Source: a virus
Lineage: Duplodnaviria > Heunggongvirae > Uroviricota > Caudoviricetes
IMG/VR virus record: IMGVR_UViG_2548876695_000005
Span: 1 to 22,969 of that record
Reading direction: 5' to 3' (one strand)
Length of the DNA: 22,969 bases
Positions 1 to 8,675 of the stretch are shown here, in pieces. The first letter of the stretch is position 1. Each line of letters starts with the position of its first letter. The notes beneath the pieces were generated by a model, which saw only the letters and a list, made by a program, of their open reading frames with translations, did not search any database and was not told the DNA's origin. A program made the position numbers and the translations under genes.

Positions 1-114
1 CCATCAGAAACGATGATCTGGCAGCCTGAGTTCACAGATAAAACACTCTCCAGGAAAACCGGGGCGGTTCAGTTCCACCTCGCACAAGAAAAACGATAAC
101 GCCGCAGTGATGGA

Positions 115-594
115 TTATTTGAACCATTTACTGGATGGGTGAATGTCACCAATGTGGTGCGTTTCCTCGAAAGATTTTGAGAAGTGCATACCGGGGATAG
201 CGACATCGGCTTGATCCAGAATAGGAGCGTCGATAATGGCATTAATAAAAAACTGGGCACTTTGCTTTGCTAATTCTAATGAGTCAAAGCCATTACCTGA
301 ACTTTCGGTAACTTTAGACAGTTGTCCATTTTTTGAGATAAATAACTCCCAGCCCCATAGCGATTCATGCTGTTTTAAAGAAATAACTACAGATGGACAG
401 TTTTCTGTATCGCCAGAATTAATATCGTCACCAGCCTTAATAAAAATTGGCGATTCCATAAGGCCTACAAAGTTCTCAAGGTCATCAATGGCTTTAGGTC
501 TTGTTTCAAATAGTGGACTTTCAAAGAGGGGGGAACCATCGGAAAGTACCCAGTGTGATCCGTGGTCTTTTTTAAAAAACACATTGAATTTCAT
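115..594 (-). CDS. hypothetical protein, AT-rich accessory gene (about 160 aa)
   Basis: Minus-strand ORF; preferred start is the ATG at 594 (MKFNVFFKK...), preceded by AAGGAG with 5-nt spacing. The track start at 642 is a longer alternative. Lower GC than flanking phage genes and opposite in orientation to the early operon. No motif recognised; no HTH seen. Confidence 0.5.
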   Translation of the reverse strand: MKFNVFFKKDHGSHWVLSDGSPLFESPLFETRPKAIDDLENFVGLMESPIFIKAGDDINSGDTENCPSVVISLKQHESLWGWELFISKNGQLSKVTESSGNGFDSLELAKQSAQFFINAIIDAPILDQADVAIPGMHFSKSFEETHHIGDIHPSSKWFK

Positions 595-732
595 TACAAC
601 TCCTTCTGTGTTGGTGATTGTTATGCCTGATTCACTGCTCAAAGTTACACAGGCATAGCGATGTTATCACAGGAAACACGTGCCGGGCGTGGGGTTATAT
701 CCCGGCATCTTTTCAATATGACGGAGATCAAC

Positions 733-954
733 ATGGACTTAACACAGTGCCCTTCACTCGCCAGCCTGCTCACCCACGGCCAGCAGATCACCCACCGTCA
801 GCATCAACGCGGCTGGATTGAAACCCCGGACGGGCGGTTCTTCCAGCCTAAAGCGGCAGATGTTCAATTTGTTAAAAACTGCCGTGTACCGTTTATGTCG
901 CGCCCGCGTAATAAGCGCCGCTGGTTTTCCCGCTTAATGGGCATCTTTGCGTAG
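733..954 (+). CDS. hypothetical early-operon protein (about 73 aa)
   Basis: ORF track 661..954; preferred start is the ATG at 733 with GGAG 6 nt upstream. First gene of the rightward operon leading to dam and gpA. Function not recognised. Confidence 0.4.
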   Translation: MDLTQCPSLASLLTHGQQITHRQHQRGWIETPDGRFFQPKAADVQFVKNCRVPFMSRPRNKRRWFSRLMGIFA

Positions 955-969
955 TTCGGGGAGGTGGTT

Positions 970-1359
970 ATGTTGATGGATAAGACAGGACAACAGCCAG
1001 GCCGTCGCCAGTTCTTAGAGCAACGGGCTCGACTGCAAGCAAGTTTGAACGTCTCACGCGTGAACGACACTGCAACCCGTTTTAACCGCCTGGATGATGC
1101 CTGTAAAAAGGTGATTTTCATCCTGGCAAACGATGCGTCCAGATACATAGCCGGAATGCCGAAGCTGACCGCCAAACAGCTGGGTTGTACTTACGAAAAT
1201 CTAACCGAAAAGGAGCAAACGTGCCTTTTGATGGGCATTAAGCGCCTTTCCGAATTTGCAGCATCAATGCCGTGGGAATTTGAGGACTACGCCGCACCAC
1301 GCGCCGAAATTCAGGCGATACGCGACAAACCACCCGCGCCAGATAACGCAGTAAATTAA
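970..1359 (+). CDS. hypothetical early-operon protein (about 129 aa)
   Basis: ORF track 964..1359 (GTG); ATG at 970 is preceded by GAGG with 5-nt spacing. Lies between the small early gene and dam. Function not recognised. Confidence 0.5.
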   Translation: MLMDKTGQQPGRRQFLEQRARLQASLNVSRVNDTATRFNRLDDACKKVIFILANDASRYIAGMPKLTAKQLGCTYENLTEKEQTCLLMGIKRLSEFAASMPWEFEDYAAPRAEIQAIRDKPPAPDNAVN

Positions 1360-1429
1360 CAACTAACTACCCACAAAAAAGAAACAGGCGCTAACGCGTC
1401 GGGCTTCTTGCACCCTGGAGAAAGTAAAA

Positions 1430-2320
1430 ATGATTCGATCTCTCGTTAAATGGCCCGGTGGTAAAGGCCGCGTTATGCCTGATTTGCTGCCGATTCTGCC
1501 GAAAGCCGATTGCCTGGTGGAACCGTTTGTCGGCGGTGCTTCTGTTTTCCTCAATACTGAATATCGCCGTTATATCCTGGGTGATATCAACCCAGATTTA
1601 ATTAACCTGTATCGCCAGATAACCCGCTGGCCTGATGCGGTGATCGACGCTGCTCGCCCACTGTTTAAAGTGTACGGCGATAAAGACGGCTATAAGTGGA
1701 TCCGCGATGATTTCAACGCCCGCGCCCGTGACCTACTGTCATTGCGCAGTGTGTTTGAAGATGGGCCGGACGCGGGCAAGATTCTTCGTGCAGCACAATT
1801 TCTTTACCTGAACCGTCACGGATATAACGGCGTAGTACGCTACAACCAACAGGGTGGATATAACGTTCCCTTTGGGCGTCACAAAACCCCGCCTTACTTC
1901 CCGGAAGAACAAATCCGTTTATTCTCTGAAAAAGCTAACGACACGAAAGCTATTTTCGTGTGCTGCGATTTCCAGAGCACGTTAAAAATCATGATTGGTA
2001 GTGACGCGGTTATCTATTGCGATCCGCCATACCTGCCAACAAGCGAAACCGCTAATTTCACCCAATACCACACCGCCCCGTTTGGGATTAAAGAGCATCG
2101 CCAGTTAGCTGCCGCTCTGCTGGATATTAACCGCCTTACTGGTTCGCCGGTGATCCTGTCCAATAGCGACACCCCAGCCACCTGCGAGATTTATCGCTCT
2201 TTCAACTTCCAGGAAATTAGCGTTAACCGTTCTGTCAGCGCGAACGCCATTACCCGAGGGGCCGCCAGTGAGGTGATCGGTATTCTCAAGGTTGCGACTT
2301 CTACGGGCATATGTGAATGA
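1430..2320 (+). CDS. dam: DNA N6-adenine methyltransferase (Dam family)
   Basis: 296 aa. SAM-binding motif EPFVGGASVF near the N-terminus and catalytic DPPY motif (CDPPYLPT). GGAG upstream of the ATG. Stop overlaps the gpA start (ATGA), suggesting translational coupling. Confidence 0.85.
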   Translation: MIRSLVKWPGGKGRVMPDLLPILPKADCLVEPFVGGASVFLNTEYRRYILGDINPDLINLYRQITRWPDAVIDAARPLFKVYGDKDGYKWIRDDFNARARDLLSLRSVFEDGPDAGKILRAAQFLYLNRHGYNGVVRYNQQGGYNVPFGRHKTPPYFPEEQIRLFSEKANDTKAIFVCCDFQSTLKIMIGSDAVIYCDPPYLPTSETANFTQYHTAPFGIKEHRQLAAALLDINRLTGSPVILSNSDTPATCEIYRSFNFQEISVNRSVSANAITRGAASEVIGILKVATSTGICE

Positions 2321-4929
2321 CTAACGCTTTCGCATGGCCTTGGAACGCACCGCGTCCAGCTGTTGGCCCGTACATCTATGAACCGAAAAAAATCGCCCCG
2401 CTTGCTGGGGCGGTGGCGCATCATCCTGCCGTAAAAAAACATATCGATCACATCTTCAAACGTGCCGGTTACAATCCCGCCGAAGTTCGTGACCGTGATG
2501 CGCTCATCCAGGCGCTGGACAGGTACGAACCATGCGGCCTGCCACTGGCCGCCCATCAAAATATAATCCGGCAAGAAATGGAAGCCGCTAAAGCCACGGC
2601 GGCAGCCTGGGCCAATACGCCAGAAGGTGTCGAAGCACGTTTATTATCAGAGCCGTTCTTCATTCGTGAAGTCTGGCGTAAAAAAATTGAGTGGTTACGG
2701 GTCAACCGTGAAACCAGACACACCAATGATTTTCTTATGGGGACAGTGAAAAAATCATTGCTGCGTCTTGATGTTGTGCGCACAAGGCAAGGTGTTTCGC
2801 CTGATATCACCGGCGAACTGGCCGCGTACTGGTTCGGGCGCTGGCAACGGCTGGCTGATTTCACAAAGCGGGAAGCACTAAGCGCCGCTAATGAGATCGC
2901 CAGCCGCATGGCTGAAATGCTGGGGACGGAATGCGAAGCCCTGGGACAGAATGTTTCCGACATGAACGTCGAAGAACTGGACTGGCTTTATTGTCATCTG
3001 GGCCGCGAAATGCTGGCGCTTCGCATTGTGCCGCCTGCATGGTATGCGCCGTGGGAACGTGATCGGATATGTACGGCCATTTTGCGTATGGCTTCGCCTG
3101 ACTGGTGGGGGCGCAAAATCTGGCGCCTGCGTTGTGACTGGCGCGAAAACCAGCTGCGAGCCGTTGGCGCGGTAAATAAAAAAGCGCACGCATACGTTAG
3201 CGCTTCCAGCCTGATCGAGTGGCAGGAACAGCGCCGTAAAAACCGGGATTTTTTCAAAAGTCATGAACTGGTAGACGAAGACGGCAACGTTTCCTCACTT
3301 GAGGACATGATTAATAAATCCACGTCAAACCCGGCTATTCGTCGCCATGAGCTTATGGCCCGAATGGCTGGGGTTGAGCTTGTTGCCCAAAGTCGCGGCG
3401 ATGTTGGCATCTTCCTGACAATCACTTGCCCGTCGAAATATCACAGTAATATTGCATCCGGCCACCATAACGCCAAATGGAATCATTCCACCGTCGCCCA
3501 GGCGCAGTGCTATTTATGCCGTGTGTGGAACCGGGCAACCGCCAAACTGAAACGCGAAGATTTGCGCCCTTATGGCTTCCGTGTCGCCGAGCCGCATCAC
3601 GATGGGACACCACACTGGCACGCGTTGCTGTTTATGCCACAAGAGCAAGTCAAAGCCACGGTTGCGATCCTTCGCACCTACTTCATTGCGGAAGACCGCG
3701 ACGAGCTGGGCCGCAATACCGGCGCTCGTTTCAAGTCAAAAAAAATGGACCCACGGAAAGGGTCAGCAACGGCATACATCGCTAAATACATTTCGAAGAA
3801 TATCGACGGCCACGCGCTGGCCGGTGAACTGGACGACGAAAGCGGCAAGCCGCTGAATGAAAGCGCCAAATATGCAATGGCCTGGGCATCGCTTCACCGT
3901 ATCCGCCAGTTTCAGCCCATCGGACAGCCGCCCATATCGGTTTACCGCGAGCTGCGCAAACTTAGTAATCAGATCACGACCCGACAGAAAATTGACAGTA
4001 CCTTCAAACGTGGTGCGCCATTGCTTGTGGATCCTGCAATGGATGCGGTTTGCGCCGCTGCCGATGTCGGATGCTTTGCTACTTACATCATCCGCCAGGG
4101 TGGTGTTTTGATCCCGCGAGAAAACTATGTCGTCCGTCTGGCCTATCAGCCCGCTGATGAAATGAATGCTTATTGTGAGATCCCCGAAAAGGTTTTCGGG
4201 GTCTGGTCGCCGCGTCTGGGGGATGCCTCCCGTATTTGCACCCGTCTGGTTAAGTGGAAAATTCGAGCCAAATCCAAAACCGTCACTGGGGCCAAAAGCG
4301 GCCCCGGTTTGGGGGTTGACCTTTTGCCGTCGCCAACCGGCGACGCTTGGAGTTCTGTCAATAACTCTACGGAAGACGAAAAAATCACCGATTTTTCGCC
4401 TGGTGTGGAGGGTATTACAGAAGAATCAGAAGAGGAAATCGTCGATTTTGAAAATATGGACCAGCCAACGCGGCGCAAATTGATACGGCGACTACGTGAA
4501 GCACCATTCAAAAGGCGGCACAGCGGATCACCTTATGAACCAGGGAGCGAATTAGATGTTGCCTGGCGTTCTGCCGTGGAAAAAACCGAGGCCAGATCGG
4601 TGGCTGATAAAGCCAGGCGGGCAGCGCTTGCCCCTGCGGTTGCCAGTCTGCTGGCTGATGCGGCGTTGTGTTTGGTTGAGATTTCAGAGATTCAGGCCGT
4701 TTCGCTGTTAATGGGGAGCCGTCTGGAGATTGGCGGGAAATTTTATCAAGCCAGTGCTGGCGGCCAGTTGATAACGCGTCAATTACCTAATGAGTCACGG
4801 ACGGTGAATAAATTATGGGAACATTTACGGGATAACCACGGCATTGATGCCACGCACCTGCGGTTTGATCCGGTCGGGGAATATCAAAAAATGCTGGCGG
4901 GTGCGGAAGGTCGCTACCCTAAAGAATGA
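2317..4929 (+). CDS. A: P2 gpA-type replication initiation endonuclease (rolling-circle initiator)
   Basis: 870 aa. HUH motif (PHWHALLF) and paired active-site tyrosines Y-x3-Y (TAYIAKYISKN), as in P2 gpA-family initiators. Position after dam and before the accessory island fits P2 synteny. Confidence 0.85.
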   Translation: MTNAFAWPWNAPRPAVGPYIYEPKKIAPLAGAVAHHPAVKKHIDHIFKRAGYNPAEVRDRDALIQALDRYEPCGLPLAAHQNIIRQEMEAAKATAAAWANTPEGVEARLLSEPFFIREVWRKKIEWLRVNRETRHTNDFLMGTVKKSLLRLDVVRTRQGVSPDITGELAAYWFGRWQRLADFTKREALSAANEIASRMAEMLGTECEALGQNVSDMNVEELDWLYCHLGREMLALRIVPPAWYAPWERDRICTAILRMASPDWWGRKIWRLRCDWRENQLRAVGAVNKKAHAYVSASSLIEWQEQRRKNRDFFKSHELVDEDGNVSSLEDMINKSTSNPAIRRHELMARMAGVELVAQSRGDVGIFLTITCPSKYHSNIASGHHNAKWNHSTVAQAQCYLCRVWNRATAKLKREDLRPYGFRVAEPHHDGTPHWHALLFMPQEQVKATVAILRTYFIAEDRDELGRNTGARFKSKKMDPRKGSATAYIAKYISKNIDGHALAGELDDESGKPLNESAKYAMAWASLHRIRQFQPIGQPPISVYRELRKLSNQITTRQKIDSTFKRGAPLLVDPAMDAVCAAADVGCFATYIIRQGGVLIPRENYVVRLAYQPADEMNAYCEIPEKVFGVWSPRLGDASRICTRLVKWKIRAKSKTVTGAKSGPGLGVDLLPSPTGDAWSSVNNSTEDEKITDFSPGVEGITEESEEEIVDFENMDQPTRRKLIRRLREAPFKRRHSGSPYEPGSELDVAWRSAVEKTEARSVADKARRAALAPAVASLLADAALCLVEISEIQAVSLLMGSRLEIGGKFYQASAGGQLITRQLPNESRTVNKLWEHLRDNHGIDATHLRFDPVGEYQKMLAGAEGRYPKE

Positions 4930-4933
4930 ATTA

Positions 4934-4977
4934 AATCACGCTATCCGTCGCAGCTGGTTGCGTCGGATAGCGTGATT
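4934..4977 (+). terminator. long hairpin immediately 3' of gpA (14-bp stem, no clean U-tract)
   Basis: AATCACGCTATCCG at 4934-4947 pairs perfectly with CGGATAGCGTGATT at 4964-4977, 5 nt after the gpA stop. No clear U-tract follows, so it may be a processing or regulatory hairpin rather than an intrinsic terminator. Confidence 0.4.
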
Positions 4978-4985
4978 CTGCGGGG

Positions 4986-5012
4986 GCGGGCGGCAAAGAG
5001 CCCGCATTTGAG
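4986..5012 (+). terminator. second GC-rich hairpin followed by ATTTGAGTT (putative intrinsic terminator)
   Basis: GCGGGC at 4986-4991 pairs with GCCCGC at 5000-5005 (8-nt loop), followed by a short T-rich run. Sits at the boundary between GC-rich phage DNA and the AT-rich island. Confidence 0.4.
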
Positions 5013-5293
5013 TTCTGTCAGCGCGATGCCCCTAATCCAATATCTAAATATGCAGTTACGGCATAATGTTAATAGCGGTCATATTCGGTATGCTCCAGTT
5101 AGAAACTACGCTGCGATGTTAAAGATGAGTGATACAAGTGAGTGGGCTAGGCTGTTTGACTCAGCAGAGTAAAGAGGTAATCTTGTTTAAGACAAGTTTC
5201 AAGATAGAATGATTAATGTTATTTGAAGATTTATGTAATACAATATCATTGCAGAGATTTTTAGATAATTGATAAATCATGTTGTCTTATTAA

Positions 5294-8086
5294 ATGTGGG
5301 GTCTGATTTTGGAAAGAAAAATTATTTTTAATAATGGTTTTTTAAGTATAAATAGGGAAGTTATAATTATCTTCTTGATCTACTTTATTCTGGTCGGGTT
5401 GGGTATTTCCGGTGTAATCTACTCTAGATATGTTGATGAAGGGGTAAAGTATTTACTTGTAACACCATCTTTTCTCAATAATTCCCCATTGAATTGGACT
5501 ACTAGTGTTTGGGCGGGAGTTTTAGGCATACATGGAACTATTGCTGCACTATCAATTACATTTATGGGAATGTTTGTTAGTCAGGTTTCTAATTATTCTG
5601 AACATGGCTTTGAAAATATTTGTAAGTCGATGTTGTTGCGGAAAACTAGTTTTTTAAAGTTTAGTTTAAATTCTATTTTTAGTCTTTTAAGTGGTATCGT
5701 ATTGCTTTCATGTGGTGGCGGCATGATTACTTATGCTATATCCATTTTTGTATCGTTATACTTTATTTTTAATTATGGTTCAATGTATCTGAAATTATAT
5801 AATGTTACTGAGAATCCAACTATAATAACTGATCGTTTATTTTTTGAGCTTGATAAGGCTAAAAATGATTATTTATTGATTGACGAACGTAGAAGAACTA
5901 TAGAAAATAAATTTTTAAACATGATTAATGATTTTGAATATATTCATTATGGGTGGGATTCCGATTTTATCAATAAAGGACAACGTAAGTTAAATATTTT
6001 CCAAAATAATCAAAATGTCATTATTAATGATTTTTGTCCAATTTGCTTTAAAGAAATTAACAATGAGCTAGAGCGTTTTTCGAAAGTGGTACGTACTGAT
6101 TTACGCGTGAATCTTAACTTTATATATCCACTATCAACCTCATCGGTTCATATTGAAGTGCAAGATGGAGCGTCGATCGATGAGCTATTAATTAGTAATG
6201 TTACAAAACTATTGAAAAAAGGATTGGTGTTCAGTTCAGCTCCTGAAAGCTTCTTGAATTACGGTAAGTATGAAGATGCAGTAGTTATTAGCTTAAGAAA
6301 TAGTCTTTTTAGTGGTAATGAGTTAGCGTTAGATTTTAGCATAAGAGCTATCTTCACATTAGTTAGTGAAACTGAATTAGTTAAAGTAATACATAACCTC
6401 AATCACTCTTTTGGTTATACTAACAAAAAAAATAATATAGAGTATTCAATTTTTGCTGCTTTTTATATGAAGGTTAGTTCTGAAGTGAGTGGGTATAAAA
6501 ACTATAATATAGTGTGTGATGCTCTTCGATCGATTATGGATTTGGGAAGGTATATTTATGATAATGAGCAATATGATGAATTTTATAAATTGATATCACC
6601 GTCATTGGAACATCGTGCTCAATATAGTTTAGGTGATCCAGAATATCGTTTTTTTGATTTATATATGTCAACGGTGAGAGACAACATCTTGTCAAAGAAT
6701 TATTTGGCATTTAGCCTGAATACTCGATTCTTGACTGAGAAATTTCGTTATCCAGAGTCATCTGATGATGGCGAAACCCTTAGTATCATTGAGAACAAGA
6801 TGGTATCGTGTGTAAGACAGGTTATAACTTTACTGATTATTAGGCTGTGCTATTTATCTGAAAAAAGTGATGGGCATCAGGAGGAATTGAGAATAATAAA
6901 ACAGAATTTAATGAAATGGTTAGCACCTTCATTCCTAGAAGATCTTTTTTATAAGAGTGGCGTGTATGATGTTATATTTACAGTCCCATCTGAACCTGAT
7001 TTTGATGCAAGTAGAACTTTAAGAGATATACCTGATTATGAGGTTGCAACCTTTTCAATAAATAACGATGCTTTCAAAGCAGTATCCCTTTTAATGACTC
7101 AAACATTATTTAATAAAAACAACTTCAATCCTATTTTTATACGTAATAAAAAAGAGTTTATTAAAAATACAAAAATAACAACTCATGAACTGCAATCACT
7201 TATATCATATTTGAAAGGTGATGAATTTTCAGCTTTATTAGAGTTGATTAATGAAGGATCTTCTCAAGAAACAAATCGGATGGAGGTTGCAGAGCATCTT
7301 GAAAGTATAATTTCTGTAAAAAATGAATTAATCGCAAATTCTATTGTTTCTTCTGACCTTGATAAGGTTCTGGTTAATAAATACATAGATAAAGTATCAA
7401 TATCATTAGGTGGGTATTTTAATAAATTCGTAGATATTGATTCTATTCCTGTGTCAAATTCAGTTGTCTGCAATCCATTCTATTCATTGATTAATAAGAG
7501 AGAAGTCTTGCAGTCAATTGATAAAGTGCATTATTCAATGAATAGTTCACATCATGCTGAAGTGTTTGTCTATGCTTGGCTTCATAAAATGCTTGATGGA
7601 ATTAAAGGCCAATATAAAGATGTAAATGAGATCGAAGATGTAAGTGAACTACCTTCCGATAAGCTTATAACAATTCATTACATGGTTAAAGGAGAGGCAA
7701 GTGTTTACCGTTACTCAAAAGGTATGAGAATAACAGATTCAAAAGGAGTTTTGGGTTTGGGGTCTCCTGGTCTTTACTACATGGATTTTTTGAGCGTATT
7801 TTCCTGTCTGCGGAATACTAATTTATTTGATTTGAAAATTGAAAGTATTTCTGATGAGAATATTTCCTTAGTTAAGGGGTTGTATAATTTCAAGGATGAA
7901 AATCCATTGATGTACGCGCTGATGTCTATTAGGATTAATTTGGAATTTATTAATAACGATGGCTTGTCGTTTTATTATATTTCTGTAGATAGTTGTAAAA
8001 AAATCACTGCATTACATGAACAAAAACTTCGTCTATCTTTTAATGATAAAAAACCAATGGATGATATTGGTGAACTTTCAGATTAA
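5294..8086 (+). CDS. large AT-rich hypothetical protein with N-terminal multi-pass membrane domain (candidate anti-phage/abortive-infection effector)
   Basis: 930-aa uninterrupted ORF in a region of very low GC. The ATG at 5294 is directly preceded by an in-frame TAA; no strong SD. Three to four hydrophobic segments within the first ~165 aa (VIIIFLIYFILVGLGISGVIY; VWAGVLGIHGTIAALSITFMGMFV; FSLNSIFSLLSGIVLLSCGGGMITYAISIFVSLYFIF), then a ~770-aa hydrophilic region. I saw no Walker A, HExxH, DPPY or other catalytic signature. Location between gpA and the portal matches the P2 accessory-cargo position. Confidence 0.7.
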   Translation: MWGLILERKIIFNNGFLSINREVIIIFLIYFILVGLGISGVIYSRYVDEGVKYLLVTPSFLNNSPLNWTTSVWAGVLGIHGTIAALSITFMGMFVSQVSNYSEHGFENICKSMLLRKTSFLKFSLNSIFSLLSGIVLLSCGGGMITYAISIFVSLYFIFNYGSMYLKLYNVTENPTIITDRLFFELDKAKNDYLLIDERRRTIENKFLNMINDFEYIHYGWDSDFINKGQRKLNIFQNNQNVIINDFCPICFKEINNELERFSKVVRTDLRVNLNFIYPLSTSSVHIEVQDGASIDELLISNVTKLLKKGLVFSSAPESFLNYGKYEDAVVISLRNSLFSGNELALDFSIRAIFTLVSETELVKVIHNLNHSFGYTNKKNNIEYSIFAAFYMKVSSEVSGYKNYNIVCDALRSIMDLGRYIYDNEQYDEFYKLISPSLEHRAQYSLGDPEYRFFDLYMSTVRDNILSKNYLAFSLNTRFLTEKFRYPESSDDGETLSIIENKMVSCVRQVITLLIIRLCYLSEKSDGHQEELRIIKQNLMKWLAPSFLEDLFYKSGVYDVIFTVPSEPDFDASRTLRDIPDYEVATFSINNDAFKAVSLLMTQTLFNKNNFNPIFIRNKKEFIKNTKITTHELQSLISYLKGDEFSALLELINEGSSQETNRMEVAEHLESIISVKNELIANSIVSSDLDKVLVNKYIDKVSISLGGYFNKFVDIDSIPVSNSVVCNPFYSLINKREVLQSIDKVHYSMNSSHHAEVFVYAWLHKMLDGIKGQYKDVNEIEDVSELPSDKLITIHYMVKGEASVYRYSKGMRITDSKGVLGLGSPGLYYMDFLSVFSCLRNTNLFDLKIESISDENISLVKGLYNFKDENPLMYALMSIRINLEFINNDGLSFYYISVDSCKKITALHEQKLRLSFNDKKPMDDIGELSD

Positions 8087-8240
8087 ATGTAATGTATCAT
8101 TGTAGAGATTTATTCTTACAGTGTTTGAACGCGTTTATTCACTAAGGATTGTTTCTATGTTGTTTATATAGGATATTGATAGTGCGTAAAAGTATGATTT
8201 TATAATGTGTAGGCAATGGGCTGGATAGGGCAATCCTTTA

Positions 8241-8277
8241 CTTATTTGAAAACCGCCGCAATTTGAATGTGCGGCGG
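8241..8277 (-). terminator. intrinsic terminator for the leftward P-Q-zinc finger operon
   Basis: Perfect 8-bp inverted repeat CCGCCGCA (8253-8260) and TGCGGCGG (8270-8277) with a 9-nt loop. On the minus strand the stem is followed by TTTTCAAATAAG. Lies ~70 nt downstream of the minus-strand ORF ending at 8349. Confidence 0.5.
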
Positions 8278-8348
8278 AGGGATGTAATGTACATTAGGTG
8301 TTCAAAGGATTGATGCTTGCGCCGTACATCTATGTGTAGCAGTGGGAT

Positions 8349-8675
8349 TTATGTAGTTTGCCCACTGAGCAGGTCCAGCGCGAATTGACGTTCTTCCGGC
8401 TTGAGCCGGTCAATCAGGAATTTAACCAGCTTGTTGCCGGTCAGCCCGCTGGGGCTGAGGGTATGTGAAAACTCAACGCTATAAACAAATGTATGACCAC
8501 ATTCCACTTCTGTGCAGCCACAGTATAAAGACGCCAGTTTTTTATCTTTCCAGTCAGATTTGCGAATGATGGCCGGTGAGCCGCATTCAGGACATTTAAT
8601 TTTAAAAACTCGCATGTTCACCATCCCGCACGCCATTGCTAATAATGGGGGGGATTTTAACTTAACTGCGCTCAT
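8349..8675 (-). CDS. Ogr/Delta-family zinc-finger protein (putative late-gene transcriptional activator)
   Basis: Contains C-x2-C-x22-C-x4-C (CPEC...22 aa...CTEVEC), the spacing of the P2 Ogr / P4 Delta zinc finger, followed by HTFVYSVEF resembling the Ogr region after the fourth Cys. The ATG at 8675 overlaps the portal stop; an internal ATG at 8615 (MRVFKIKCPEC) is an alternative start giving ~88 aa. Confidence 0.55.
   Translation of the reverse strand: MSAVKLKSPPLLAMACGMVNMRVFKIKCPECGSPAIIRKSDWKDKKLASLYCGCTEVECGHTFVYSVEFSHTLSPSGLTGNKLVKFLIDRLKPEERQFALDLLSGQTT

Noticed and set aside
1-99. Open plus-strand frame running in from the window start to a TAA at 97-99 (possible 3' end of an upstream gene)
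   Set aside because: Only 32 codons lie within the window, which can occur by chance; no start or motif is visible. Minus-strand frames here contain stops, so no integrase-like gene is present on the other strand either.
236-658. Plus-strand 140-aa ORF overlapping the minus-strand gene at 115..594
   Set aside because: It fully overlaps the minus-strand ORF, which has a strong AAGGAG ribosome-binding site and a more protein-like composition. The plus-strand product is Ser/Cys-rich and low-complexity, and I saw no convincing SD. Treated as a shadow ORF.
2556-3264. Several minus-strand and alternate-frame ORFs within gpA (e.g. 2556..2963, 2878..3264, 3477..3785, 3572..3856)
   Set aside because: They overlap the gpA frame that carries the HUH and Y-x3-Y motifs; none has a start signal or motif of its own.
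4972-5172. 66-aa ORF (GTG start) between gpA and the AT-rich ORF
   Set aside because: It starts inside the post-gpA hairpin and spans the GC-to-AT composition boundary, with no ribosome-binding site and no recognisable motif. More likely non-coding terminator and promoter DNA.
8087-8348. P2-type cos site expected between the accessory island and the Q-side operon
   Set aside because: I could not find a convincing match to the P2 cohesive-end sequence as I recall it. The only strong structure is the 8-bp stem hairpin at 8253-8277, which I interpret as the leftward operon terminator. The cos position is left unassigned.
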